The notes beneath the pieces were generated by a model. The model was not told the DNA's origin, did not search any database, and saw only the letters and a program-made list of their open reading frames with translations. Position numbers and translations under genes: made by a program. From Thermoproteus tenax Kra 1 (lineage in GTDB: Archaea; Thermoproteota; Thermoprotei; Thermoproteales; Thermoproteaceae), in the NCBI RefSeq assembly GCF_000253055.1, contig NC_016070.1, positions 450,001 through 482,000 of the forward strand: a stretch of 32,000 bases of DNA, given 5' to 3'. Shown one piece after another: positions 18,348 to 27,057 of this stretch. The first letter of the stretch is position 1; each line of letters starts with the position of its first letter.

Positions 18348-18896
18348 ACGCTTCAGTCGCACGTTTGAGAGATCCCCCGGCTCGAGGCTTGCCAGAGATA
18401 TTATACCTGCCTTGAGTTGCGCTTGGCCCTTTCGGAGGGCCTCGAACAATTGGCCTATGTCGGCCACCATATCCCTGCGCAAAGCTATCGCGTATACCTC
18501 CCTCAGCCCCGACCCTCTCTCCAAGATCGCCATCGTTGCTCCGTCGCCAGAGATCGCCTCGGCCAGCGCCGTCGCCAAAACGTATGGATCGCCCCTCTTT
18601 AGATATATATCTACAATACTGCCTCGCCGGTCCTCGCTAAAGGCCTCCATCTCTATATAGCTATTCCCCTCTATGCGTACCGACACGATGGCCGGCTCTC
18701 CAAAGGCTCTTCCGAAACCCGCGATCTGGGCGCTTGAGCCCATCGGGAGGCGCTCCAGATCGGAGAACGCGGCCGTGAGATCTGCGTCCATCACAGAGGC
18801 TCCGAAGACCTCGTCGACGGCTAGTACGCCGTAATCCGCCAGGGTCTTGATTATCTTCCTAACGCTATCCGGCGTTATGACGCCGATGAACCGCAC
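18318..18896 (-). CDS. Hypothetical protein
   Basis: Coding-like ORF; GTG 18896 (MRFIGVITPDSVRK...) lies about 26-29 nt from a TTAAAAC-like TATA box. 3' end overlaps the HAD gene. Confidence 0.6.
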   Translation of the reverse strand: MRFIGVITPDSVRKIIKTLADYGVLAVDEVFGASVMDADLTAAFSDLERLPMGSSAQIAGFGRAFGEPAIVSVRIEGNSYIEMEAFSEDRRGSIVDIYLKRGDPYVLATALAEAISGDGATMAILERGSGLREVYAIALRRDMVADIGQLFEALRKGQAQLKAGIISLASLEPGDLSNVRLKRSAKGALRPP

Positions 18897-18977
18897 GGGC
18901 TTTATCTTGGGGGTATTAATTTGTTTTAATTCTAATGAAGAAACTGAATTCACTTATTGTTGAAATAGGCTTCCGAC

Positions 18978-19796
18978 CTATAGCTCTAATCTACGGCGCC
19001 CTTTATCGTACATGCGCCATTCTTCCTCGGCGGTTCTACAGATCACCCCGAGCGCTGAACACTCACTCTTTATCTCCTGTGTTTTGCTCCTCCACCAACT
19101 GCGATCGGCGCTGGCACTTATTCCCAACGCCGACAACATGGCGTCTGCGCCCGGGCGGGGCCTATATCTGTCAACGAAGACCTCGCTATGGGTCCTCTTT
19201 GCGAGTTCGAGCACGGGGCGGTAGTCCTCGGCGCTGTCGTTAAGCCCCTTGATCAGAGGGCCCAGGAAGATCCACGTCCTCACGCCGAGCTCCGATATTC
19301 TGGTCAACGCGTACGCCCTCGCCTCAGGCGGAGGGGCCTTTGGCTCCAACAACCGCGCCTTATCTCTGTCCATAGTAGTTATAGTGAATCCCACGTCCAC
19401 TCTATCTCTGTAGACGAAGAGCAGATCGGCGTCCTTTAATATGAACGTGGACTTCGTCTGTATAGATGCGTGAAAGCCCGCTGGCAACAGTATCTCCAAC
19501 GAGCTCCTCGTGATGCGGTACTTGGCCTCAACTGGCTGATAGGGGTCCGTGATAGTGGAGATCCCGACTATGCCTGGCCTCAACACTTTCACCTCGCTTC
19601 TCAAGAGGGCCGGGATGTTGACTTTGACGTACACCACTTCGCCCCAACGTCTGCCTGCGTCCCCCCCTGTGAAGTCTCTGGCATAGCAGTAGCGACAGCC
19701 GTGATAGCATCCAAGATAGGGGTTCAAGGCGTATTGGTATTCGGGGAGGCCGGATGGAGTAAGGGCGTGCGATGCCCTTATCTCTATTACCCTCAC
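18978..19796 (-). CDS. Radical SAM protein, SPL (spore photoproduct lyase)-like family
   Basis: NPYLGCYHGCRYCYARDF radical SAM CxxxCxxC motif, ISTITDPYQPVEAKYRITR, SIQTKS. Confidence 0.85.
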   Translation of the reverse strand: MRVIEIRASHALTPSGLPEYQYALNPYLGCYHGCRYCYARDFTGGDAGRRWGEVVYVKVNIPALLRSEVKVLRPGIVGISTITDPYQPVEAKYRITRSSLEILLPAGFHASIQTKSTFILKDADLLFVYRDRVDVGFTITTMDRDKARLLEPKAPPPEARAYALTRISELGVRTWIFLGPLIKGLNDSAEDYRPVLELAKRTHSEVFVDRYRPRPGADAMLSALGISASADRSWWRSKTQEIKSECSALGVICRTAEEEWRMYDKGRRRLEL

Positions 19797-20947
19797 TGTA
19801 GTCTAAACTTACACGTGGCTATCGTGGACTCGAAGGTAAGCGCCTTCAAGGAGTTGGCCACAATCTCGCCTCCCTCCTCCGAGAGCGCCACAACGTTGTC
19901 CGCGAAGATCGAGACTCCTCTGTCCTCCGATGCCATAAAGATGCCTGGCACTGACGTCTCCCTTAACAGCTTCCTTATCCTCTGGAACATATCCAAGGCC
20001 AGGTCTCTGCCCAACACGACGAAGTCAGCATCGAGCCAGTCCATTATCACTACGTCGGGTCTCGCAAGCTCTATGGCCTTATATAGGCTGTAGAGGTTCT
20101 GCCAATAGGCCTGAGGCCTTGTCTCAAACGCTCTGACTGCGATCCTCCCCCCGAGCTTTTCCACATATGAACTGAATCTGGCGGGGTCTACGGTCCTCGC
20201 CGCCAGAAAGACTCTATAGCCTTGTTTGGACAAATTGGAGGCCAATACTGCGAGGAACCTTAGGAAATACGAGGAGGGCGGCGCCAAGAACACGTTGGCC
20301 ATGCCGCCGGCTAGTCCTCCCAACATTTTGTCGATGCATGATATATTGGTGTTTATCTGCGTCCCCTCGCGCCGCCACGATGGGGATATGTCGTCGAAGA
20401 ACACAATGCCCTCTCCCTCAAGGATGTCGAAGACCTTTATGTAGCCTGCGGGCCTCCCCCTGATCTTCTCGAAGTCGGCATAACGGAGGGAGGTGCCCTT
20501 CTCCGAGGTCCTCCTGATCAAGTGTATTATGTTGTCCGCGATATAGTTTAGAGGAACTGCCGCCTCCTCTTCGGCGATTAGGACTATATCCGTTCCTGTG
20601 GGCCTCAGAGCTCTATAGACTACGTTTGTCAAATGAGTTCTATCTAGGCCTTGGAGCTGGCTTATTGAGTCTATGACCAACATAGATGGTGCATTCTCCG
20701 AGGTCTGAGCCACTATGTAGTTGAACACGCTCTCTGCGTCGGTTAATACGGCGTCCCACACATTGGCCCTTCCTAGGTCGTAGCCCACCTTAAGCATGTT
20801 GTTGACGAGGGTTTCTCTGTCCTCATAAAAGGAGACCCAGAAGACAGACTCGCCGTTCATCAAGCGCCGCGATGCTACCATGGCGGCGAACGTAGTCTTG
20901 CCTGTGCCGGGCTGTCCATAGATCAGAGTAATGCCCTTCAACTCCAC
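19793..20947 (-). CDS. KaiC/RecA-superfamily ATPase with a second degenerate core
   Basis: Walker A YGQPGTGKTTFAA, Walker B PSMLVIDSIS. The second repeat GGLAGGMANVFLAPPSSYFLRFLAVLAS lacks GKT/S. Confidence 0.82.
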   Translation of the reverse strand: MELKGITLIYGQPGTGKTTFAAMVASRRLMNGESVFWVSFYEDRETLVNNMLKVGYDLGRANVWDAVLTDAESVFNYIVAQTSENAPSMLVIDSISQLQGLDRTHLTNVVYRALRPTGTDIVLIAEEEAAVPLNYIADNIIHLIRRTSEKGTSLRYADFEKIRGRPAGYIKVFDILEGEGIVFFDDISPSWRREGTQINTNISCIDKMLGGLAGGMANVFLAPPSSYFLRFLAVLASNLSKQGYRVFLAARTVDPARFSSYVEKLGGRIAVRAFETRPQAYWQNLYSLYKAIELARPDVVIMDWLDADFVVLGRDLALDMFQRIRKLLRETSVPGIFMASEDRGVSIFADNVVALSEEGGEIVANSLKALTFESTIATCKFRLQ

Positions 20948-20989
20948 GACCAGAAACGTTCGATATATATTTTCTATTTTTACGTCTAC

Positions 20990-22207
20990 TCAGAGCCTTG
21001 CGCTCCTAAGCAATCTGACGATGTGCGACCGCGAGTACCAGAGGTCTAGAGGGAGCTTGAGCTGCGATGCTATAAACTTCAGCGCCTCGCCCAAGTCGTC
21101 GAACTTCTCGGGCCTCTCGCGGAACATAGCTCTCACGTTTTCGCGGACGTACCACACGCCTATCGGCAGATCGAACCCTGGGTATATCTCGCGCCACAAG
21201 ACGGCGGCGGCTTGTCTGCCCATGGCGTGCAACGCCTCGGCCGCAGCCAACCTTGCCGCATAGTAGCACCCTCCTATCGATGGATAAGTCGTCCTACCCC
21301 GGGGCCCTTCCCAGTCCACCTCAACTTCGGGCGAGGCGCCGTATTGATTCCAAGTGGTGCCGGGGAACCACGCCTCCCCCCACTCGTACATGAAACCGCC
21401 CGGCGCCAACAGCGCCACGAAGGTGTTTCCCTTGGTTTTTCTGACATAGACGTAGTATCTATCGATCGGGGGAAGCCTCTTGATCTCCTCCACCAATCTG
21501 TCCGATATCTGTTTATCCACTGCCGTGATGCTCCAGCGTGTCGGCACCAGCCTCCTCCTTCTCCCGACTCCTATGGCGCCCACGCTGAGGAACCTCGAGA
21601 TTCTGTGGACGTCAACGCCGTAGTTATATAATTTCCATACGGCCTCTGCCGCCGGGAGGTCTACGTCCTCGTACGCCTTCTCTACGATCCTCTCGGGCGG
21701 CGGAAGCGAGCCTATCTTTAACGACAGAAGGGGGGAGGAGGGCCCGAGAGGGGGCACGTGTTCGTCCAAGAGGGGCTCTGGCTTCAACGGCCTCTTGAGC
21801 GTCAGCTCCACATCGGCCGGTCTGGGCGATAGAGCCAGCGCCTGTACATCGCTGAGGGCTCTCCCAGGCGATCTGGCCGAGCGAACGTCCAACTCCAGCG
21901 ATCCCCTCGCCAATATGAGCCTCGAGGCTAGGAAGTCCTCCAAGCTCATATGGAGCCAGGCCTTGGGGTCCTCCAAGCTCGAAGTATCGCCCGAGATGGG
22001 GGGCACCGACGGATAGACTCTGACCTTAGGCCATCCAACTCTCCCAACGAAGACGCTGGGAGGGGAGGAGCCGCTGACCTCTCTTCTGCCCGCGACAGCC
22101 TCGGAATACGCCTTCACTTTGGCCTTGACGAACACGGGACAATATGGAAGACCGCAGAGCCCCTTGGCCCCCCTACATCTGATGCAGAGCGATGGATCTA
22201 TTCTCAC
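20990..22207 (-). CDS. Archaeal Nre-family DNA repair protein
   Basis: N-terminal CIRCRGAKGLCGLPYCPV zinc-finger-like motif, PPSVFVGRVGWPKV, KLYNYGVDVHRISRFLSVGAIG. Confidence 0.85.
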   Translation of the reverse strand: MRIDPSLCIRCRGAKGLCGLPYCPVFVKAKVKAYSEAVAGRREVSGSSPPSVFVGRVGWPKVRVYPSVPPISGDTSSLEDPKAWLHMSLEDFLASRLILARGSLELDVRSARSPGRALSDVQALALSPRPADVELTLKRPLKPEPLLDEHVPPLGPSSPLLSLKIGSLPPPERIVEKAYEDVDLPAAEAVWKLYNYGVDVHRISRFLSVGAIGVGRRRRLVPTRWSITAVDKQISDRLVEEIKRLPPIDRYYVYVRKTKGNTFVALLAPGGFMYEWGEAWFPGTTWNQYGASPEVEVDWEGPRGRTTYPSIGGCYYAARLAAAEALHAMGRQAAAVLWREIYPGFDLPIGVWYVRENVRAMFRERPEKFDDLGEALKFIASQLKLPLDLWYSRSHIVRLLRSARL

Positions 22208-22268
22208 GGAGGTTTATCGCTGAATTAATTAATTCCTTAGACGAAATCCTTAAATCGATCCCCTTGGC

Positions 22269-23177
22269 ATGCCCTATGGATTGCGAGGGGTTCACGATCT
22301 GGAGCTCAAGATAGCGGAATTAATTGAGGAAAGGGCGTCCTGCCCTCAGCCTCCTCGCGTCGGCGGCGACTTGGGCCGGTTCCTCGCCGAGCTTATATCC
22401 AGGAGGAGCAAGCCCACGGTGGCCTATCTGGGCCCAGAGAAGTCGTTCACATGGGAGGCCGCTGCCGCATATCTCCCCGGAGCCCGTCTCGCGCCCTTGA
22501 GGGCCATATCCGAGGTATTCGACGCAGTTGAATCAGGCGCCGCCGACTTGGGGGTGGTGCCCTTCATAAACTCGCTTGAGGGGCCAGTGGGAGAGACAGT
22601 GGATTCGCTCGCCACGCGCTCCTTGAGCATATCTGTAGTGCTGGAGCTCAAGATAGTGTTGTGCTTCGCCGCGCGCGGAACGCCGAAGGTCATATATTCC
22701 CACCCCTACGCTATAGCGCAGGCCAGACGCCTCGTAGCCTCGCTCGGAGCACAAATAGTGTACACAAACAGCACAGCCGAGGCTGTCGAGGTGTTCAAGA
22801 GCTGTGAAAACTGTGGAGTCATAGCGTCCCCCAGAGCGCTAGAGGGCTTCGAGGCTAAATGCGGCGTGCAGGACGCAGACAGCTTCACGCGCTTCGCAGT
22901 AGTGTCCAGAGAGGCGCCCAAGGCTGGGAGCTATGCCGCATTGATATTCGCAGTGCCCAACGTCCCCGGCGCTTTGTACAAGGCGCTGGAGCCTATAGCT
23001 CAAGCCGGAGTGAACATGACTCTGATATATTCTAGGCCCACCCGGCTGTCGCCCTGGGACTATTTCTTCCTAGTGGAGCTTCAGATACGCGACGGCTTGG
23101 GCGAGCTTGTGGAGAGGCTGAGGCCTAGGACCACTCTGCTCAAAGTGGTCGGCAGATACGAGATAGTTCGCATTTAA
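22269..23177 (+). CDS. pheA: Prephenate dehydratase with C-terminal ACT domain
   Basis: VAYLGPEKSFTWEAA, GVVPFINSLEGPVGETVD, HPYAIAQARR, ADSFTRFAVVS, ACT-like NVPGALYKALEPIAQAGVNMTLIYSRP. Confidence 0.92.
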   Translation: MPYGLRGVHDLELKIAELIEERASCPQPPRVGGDLGRFLAELISRRSKPTVAYLGPEKSFTWEAAAAYLPGARLAPLRAISEVFDAVESGAADLGVVPFINSLEGPVGETVDSLATRSLSISVVLELKIVLCFAARGTPKVIYSHPYAIAQARRLVASLGAQIVYTNSTAEAVEVFKSCENCGVIASPRALEGFEAKCGVQDADSFTRFAVVSREAPKAGSYAALIFAVPNVPGALYKALEPIAQAGVNMTLIYSRPTRLSPWDYFFLVELQIRDGLGELVERLRPRTTLLKVVGRYEIVRI

Positions 23178-23179
23178 TC

Positions 23180-23221
23180 GATATCGAAAAATTTTTATAT
23201 TTTCGATTTCGTAATCGATAC
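23180..23221 (+). promoter_or_regulatory. Promoter with inverted-repeat operator-like element flanking the TATA box
   Basis: ATCGATATCGAAAAATTTTTATATTTTCGATTTCGTAATCGAT: ATCGAAAA pairs with TTTTCGAT around TTTTTATAT, with ATCGAT at both outer edges. The ATG is about 27 nt from the TATA centre. Confidence 0.6.
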
Positions 23222-23467
23222 ATGGCCTGGCGGAGTTGGTGGTATGGAATGCCGCCGTGGCTTAGACATGGAGGATGTGGCGGATGGAGGAGCTGGCCGC
23301 CCCTCTGGGGCGACTACGATACATGGCTGGACTTCCATTTGAGGGCCGCCGTGTGGCAGATTAGAGGGCTGGCTCAGTTCGTGAGGGAGAACGCGAGTAA
23401 GCTGGATCCTCAGACCAAGGAGGCTCTGGCGAGAGATCTCGAGGAGCTACTGAGGCTCCTCAAATAG
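23222..23467 (+). CDS. Small Trp/Gly-rich protein with C-terminal helix
   Basis: MAWRSWWYGMPPWLRHGGCGGWRSWPPLWGDYDTWLDFHLRAAVWQIRG..., with a strong leaderless-type promoter. Confidence 0.65.
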   Translation: MAWRSWWYGMPPWLRHGGCGGWRSWPPLWGDYDTWLDFHLRAAVWQIRGLAQFVRENASKLDPQTKEALARDLEELLRLLK

Positions 23468-25604
23468 CCTTTTTTTCTTGGAGCAGGCCGCGGGCCTGCT
23501 CCACTATTCCTCTCGCCAGCTTTTCTCCAAAGCCTGGCAATTTGGCGATCTCTCTGGGCTCCGCCTTGGCTATATCTTCGAGCGTTCTGTAGCCGTGTTG
23601 ATACAGAGTTCTGGCGCGAACTCTTCCCACGCCCTTCAAGTTGAGCACTAGGGGAAGGAGCTCCTCCCTCACGCCGTAGACTACTCTGAGGGTCACTTTG
23701 GCCATCGCCTCGCCCCTCTGGGGGAGCCCAACAGCCCTCGCCAGCTTGGCGGCGGCAGAGCCCAGCCAGTCGAAGAGGTCCACATAGACTCTAATATCGC
23801 CGGGGCCCACGCCGTATTTCTCATAAAGCTTGTCCTCGGGCACCTCGTTCGCCCACTCCCACAACATCTGCACAGTCTTTACCTCCTCTCTGAACTCCTC
23901 GTCGTCTTCGTCCACGACGTCTGGGAAGGATCTGGCTATCTCGGCCGCCAGCTTTTTGTCGAATCTGCCCCGCCAGATCTTGGGTACGTCGGACGCCTTC
24001 GCCACTATATAGATATAGGCAGGTTGGCTCTCGCCCCTCATTCTCCTTATTAGGTCTATGTAGAGCGCGGCCACCTCGGGGTCTACGTAGAGCCGCGCCA
24101 CGAGTTTGCCGAGCTCTGTGGCGTAGTACGCGTCCCCCTCTCCCTCAAGAAAGCCCCACGAGGTCAACTGCTCCAACGCCTTCTCGGCCTTGCCTCTGGC
24201 AATAGACATCGCGGCCGGCCCGAGCTGTGAGTAAGCAAGTGTGGAGGAGAGGTAGTCCAGCACTTCGTCGAGCGAGGACGCATACCTGCTTCCCACAACG
24301 CCGAGCAGGTGGCCTCTGAGGTTGGCCTCGGAGAACAGCTGGGACCTCACAGACTCCACTGGCCCGCGGATATAGTGCTCCTCGATATACTCGGCCTCTC
24401 TCCCGTTCGAGGCGATGGCTATCGCCTCCCCATAGGGGTCGAGGCCGGGCCTCCCAGCTCTTCCGGCCATCTGTCTGTACTCCATCACAGGTATCTCCTC
24501 GTTTCCCACCAAGGGGTCGTAGCGTTTAACCTCTGTTATGATCACGCGCCTTGCTGGCAGGTTGACGCCGGCGGCCAGAGTCGTCGTGGAGACCACGACC
24601 TTAACGACCCCGCTCCGAAATCCATCCTCAACGAGGCGCCTCAACTCCAGCTCGAGGCCTGCGTTGTGGAAGGCGACCCCTCTGGCGACAGTGGAGGCCA
24701 GCTCGCTCCCTATTATCCTGCTCGCCGAAGTAGACTCTATCTCTGCCGCGAGCTTTGCAGCCGAGCTCGCGTCGATGAGCTTGCTCTCGCTTGAGGCGAT
24801 CGCCTCCGCTATCCTCTTCGCCGTGTTGACCGTCGCCGCCCTGCTGTTGACGAAGACCAACGCCTGTCCGCCGTCGGCAAGGGCGTCTAGGGCCAATGCG
24901 ACCTCGGGGTCGTGGAACCTCGGCACTCGCCTAGTTGAACCGTCGGCGTAGCGTATTAATCCATCGAAATAGACGCCCTCTTTAAGGGGAACAGGCCTCC
25001 AGCTCGATTTTATGAGCTTGGCGCCGAGCCAGTGGGCGAGCACCTCGGGGTTCCCTATAGTTGCGCTCATGGCCACCAGCTGGGCGCGGAGCCCCAGATA
25101 CTTCGCCTTGGCTATTATGGACTCTAAAACGGGGCCCCTCTTCGGGTCCCCCACGTAGTGCACTTCGTCGAGTATCAACGCGCCTACTCTATTCAGCCAT
25201 CTCGGCCTATGTCTCAACAAGCTGTCCAACTTCTCGTAGGTAGTTACAACTACATCGTATTTATGCAACCACGCGTCCTCTGAGTCGTATTCGCCCGTGG
25301 ATACTGCCACGTCCACAAGGTCGCCATAATAGGAGAAGTGCAGCTGCTTCTCGTACGCCAACGCTTTCAGAGGGACTGCAAACACGGCCATTCTGCCTTC
25401 CAGAGCCGTCTTCACTGCGACGATCTCGGCGAGCAGCGTCTTGCCCGACGCAGTCGCCGTGGTCATCAAAATGTTCTCCCCCTCCAAGATCCCGGCCTTG
25501 ACGGCCTCCTCTTGTGGAGGAAACAGAGTACGTATGCCGCGCCTCTTGAGCGATTCTCTGAGCTCCGGCGGTATAGACAAGGAGGATATGTCCACGTAGC
25601 GCAA
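23460..25604 (-). CDS. hel308: Hel308-type Ski2-like DNA helicase
   Basis: TTATASGKTLLAEI, LILDEVHYVGD, VAMSATIGNPE, MAGRAGRPGLDPYG, winged-helix and C-terminal HhH (LKGVGRVRARTLYQHG). Confidence 0.93.
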   Translation of the reverse strand: MRYVDISSLSIPPELRESLKRRGIRTLFPPQEEAVKAGILEGENILMTTATASGKTLLAEIVAVKTALEGRMAVFAVPLKALAYEKQLHFSYYGDLVDVAVSTGEYDSEDAWLHKYDVVVTTYEKLDSLLRHRPRWLNRVGALILDEVHYVGDPKRGPVLESIIAKAKYLGLRAQLVAMSATIGNPEVLAHWLGAKLIKSSWRPVPLKEGVYFDGLIRYADGSTRRVPRFHDPEVALALDALADGGQALVFVNSRAATVNTAKRIAEAIASSESKLIDASSAAKLAAEIESTSASRIIGSELASTVARGVAFHNAGLELELRRLVEDGFRSGVVKVVVSTTTLAAGVNLPARRVIITEVKRYDPLVGNEEIPVMEYRQMAGRAGRPGLDPYGEAIAIASNGREAEYIEEHYIRGPVESVRSQLFSEANLRGHLLGVVGSRYASSLDEVLDYLSSTLAYSQLGPAAMSIARGKAEKALEQLTSWGFLEGEGDAYYATELGKLVARLYVDPEVAALYIDLIRRMRGESQPAYIYIVAKASDVPKIWRGRFDKKLAAEIARSFPDVVDEDDEEFREEVKTVQMLWEWANEVPEDKLYEKYGVGPGDIRVYVDLFDWLGSAAAKLARAVGLPQRGEAMAKVTLRVVYGVREELLPLVLNLKGVGRVRARTLYQHGYRTLEDIAKAEPREIAKLPGFGEKLARGIVEQARGLLQEKKAI

Positions 25605-25613
25605 GTCCCATTC

Positions 25614-25859
25614 CTATAAAGCCTTTCCCTCCAGGAGGGCGCTACGCACTACGTAGGCGAGGTGGAGGCTAGCCATCAACTCTCTCCACATAAAGGCTCC
25701 GTCTCTGTTGAACTGCCTCACAGAGCTTTCGCTCATCCAGACGGAGATGCCGCAGTTTCTACACGAGAGGACGATGCGGCCGTTGGACTCTGCAAACACT
25801 AGGGGCGAGCCGCATCTGGCGCATCTATACGTCGTATAGAGCCACAGTACTCCGCCCAA
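25614..25859 (-). CDS. Small zinc-ribbon protein
   Basis: TTYRCARCGSPLVFAESNGRIVLSCRNCG (CxxC...CxxC); immediately upstream of hel308. Confidence 0.65.
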   Translation of the reverse strand: MGGVLWLYTTYRCARCGSPLVFAESNGRIVLSCRNCGISVWMSESSVRQFNRDGAFMWRELMASLHLAYVVRSALLEGKAL

Positions 25860-25891
25860 CGGACAATAAAAAGGTGTTAGTTAAAAAGGGC

Positions 25892-26323
25892 TCAGTCGGC
25901 CGCGGGCCCCCTCTCCTCTATCTTCTCTCCGTATTCCATCAAACCGCGGAGGACGCTCTCCTCCCCTATTAGATCCCTGATCGATATCACGCCGTAGAGC
26001 TTTCCGCCCTTTGTAACAACTACATGTCTGATGTTGTGGCTCCTCATAACCTCGGCGACCTTCCAGAGAGGCTCTGAGGCCTCGACGGTGATAACAGGGC
26101 TAGTCATGTACTTCTCGGCAGGCGAGTTGAGATCGACGCCTGTGGCCAAAAATCTAACGATATCTCTCTCCGAGATCACACCGAGCGGAGTGTCGGGGGC
26201 GTTTTTGTCGACTACGACGACGATCCCTATCTTCTTCTCAGCCAAGGTCTTGGCGACGTCCTTCAGAGTGGTCGCCTTATCAACTGTTATGGGGGGTTTT
26301 CTGGCCAACGTCTCTGCGTTCAT
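25892..26323 (-). CDS. CBS-domain pair protein
   Basis: VVVDKNAPDTPLGVISERDIVRFLA, VMRSHNIRHVVVTKGGKLYGVISIRDLI. TATA about 25 nt upstream. Confidence 0.88.
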   Translation of the reverse strand: MNAETLARKPPITVDKATTLKDVAKTLAEKKIGIVVVVDKNAPDTPLGVISERDIVRFLATGVDLNSPAEKYMTSPVITVEASEPLWKVAEVMRSHNIRHVVVTKGGKLYGVISIRDLIGEESVLRGLMEYGEKIEERGPAAD

Positions 26324-26485
26324 AATGTCTCGATTCTTGATGATATAAAAATTTTTTGTAAATTATAAATATAACAATTAGAAGCAATGTTTTAGATACA
26401 TTACAGTAAAAGAGCTAATATTCAGGAACCTTTTTGAGGCTGTACCTTTTAGTTAACTACAAAAATTATTCAGATAGACTGCTAT

Positions 26486-26986
26486 ATGCCTCTCACAGGC
26501 GGCGTCGCCGAGTCTGTGAAGCTGAGGGTTATCATAACCAAGGACTTGCCCTCAATTATCGGGCTAGGCCCATTTAAGGCCGGCTCCGCGGCCGCGCTGC
26601 CGGCCTCAGTAGCGTTGAGGCTTGTCGACATGGGCGCTGCACAGCTCGACGAGACCGAGCTGCTAAAGCCGCAAGATGTACAGAGCTTCAAATACTCCGA
26701 GGAGAAAGATCAATGGCCAATTCAACTCCCCGAGGACTTTTACGCAAGAGCGAAGGCCTCCATACTCCAGCTCAAGAGAGAGGGCGACTCGCGCACTATG
26801 GGCCAACTGATTAGCGCCACTAGAGACCTCTTGATAAAGAGGGTGGAAAAGATAGCCCGCCTCTTGGCCGCCTCGCCGGACCTAGTGGAGAACAACGACT
26901 TTATGGCGAGGCTGACGCCCGAGGAGAGAGCGCTTGCCCGGGCTATAGACCTAGAGTTGATATCACTTCTGCGGGAGGTGCTCTAG
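26486..26986 (+). CDS. GINS complex subunit, Gins23-type
   Basis: LRVIITKDLPSIIGLGPFKAGSAAALPASVALRLVDMGAA beta domain at the N-terminus followed by the helical domain. B-then-A order is typical of Gins23. Confidence 0.78.
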   Translation: MPLTGGVAESVKLRVIITKDLPSIIGLGPFKAGSAAALPASVALRLVDMGAAQLDETELLKPQDVQSFKYSEEKDQWPIQLPEDFYARAKASILQLKREGDSRTMGQLISATRDLLIKRVEKIARLLAASPDLVENNDFMARLTPEERALARAIDLELISLLREVL

Positions 26987-27057
26987 GAATCCCTTTGTCG
27001 CCGGCCCCCGAGGGCTCCGAGACTTTTTTGAGCTCGGTGGACTGCGGCAGAGATCAT

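Noticed and set aside
26987-27057. Possible sRNA between the GINS gene and purA
   Set aside because: Convergent intergenic region with a T6 run and weak CCGAG/CTCGG pairing; more consistent with transcription termination than with an independent RNA.
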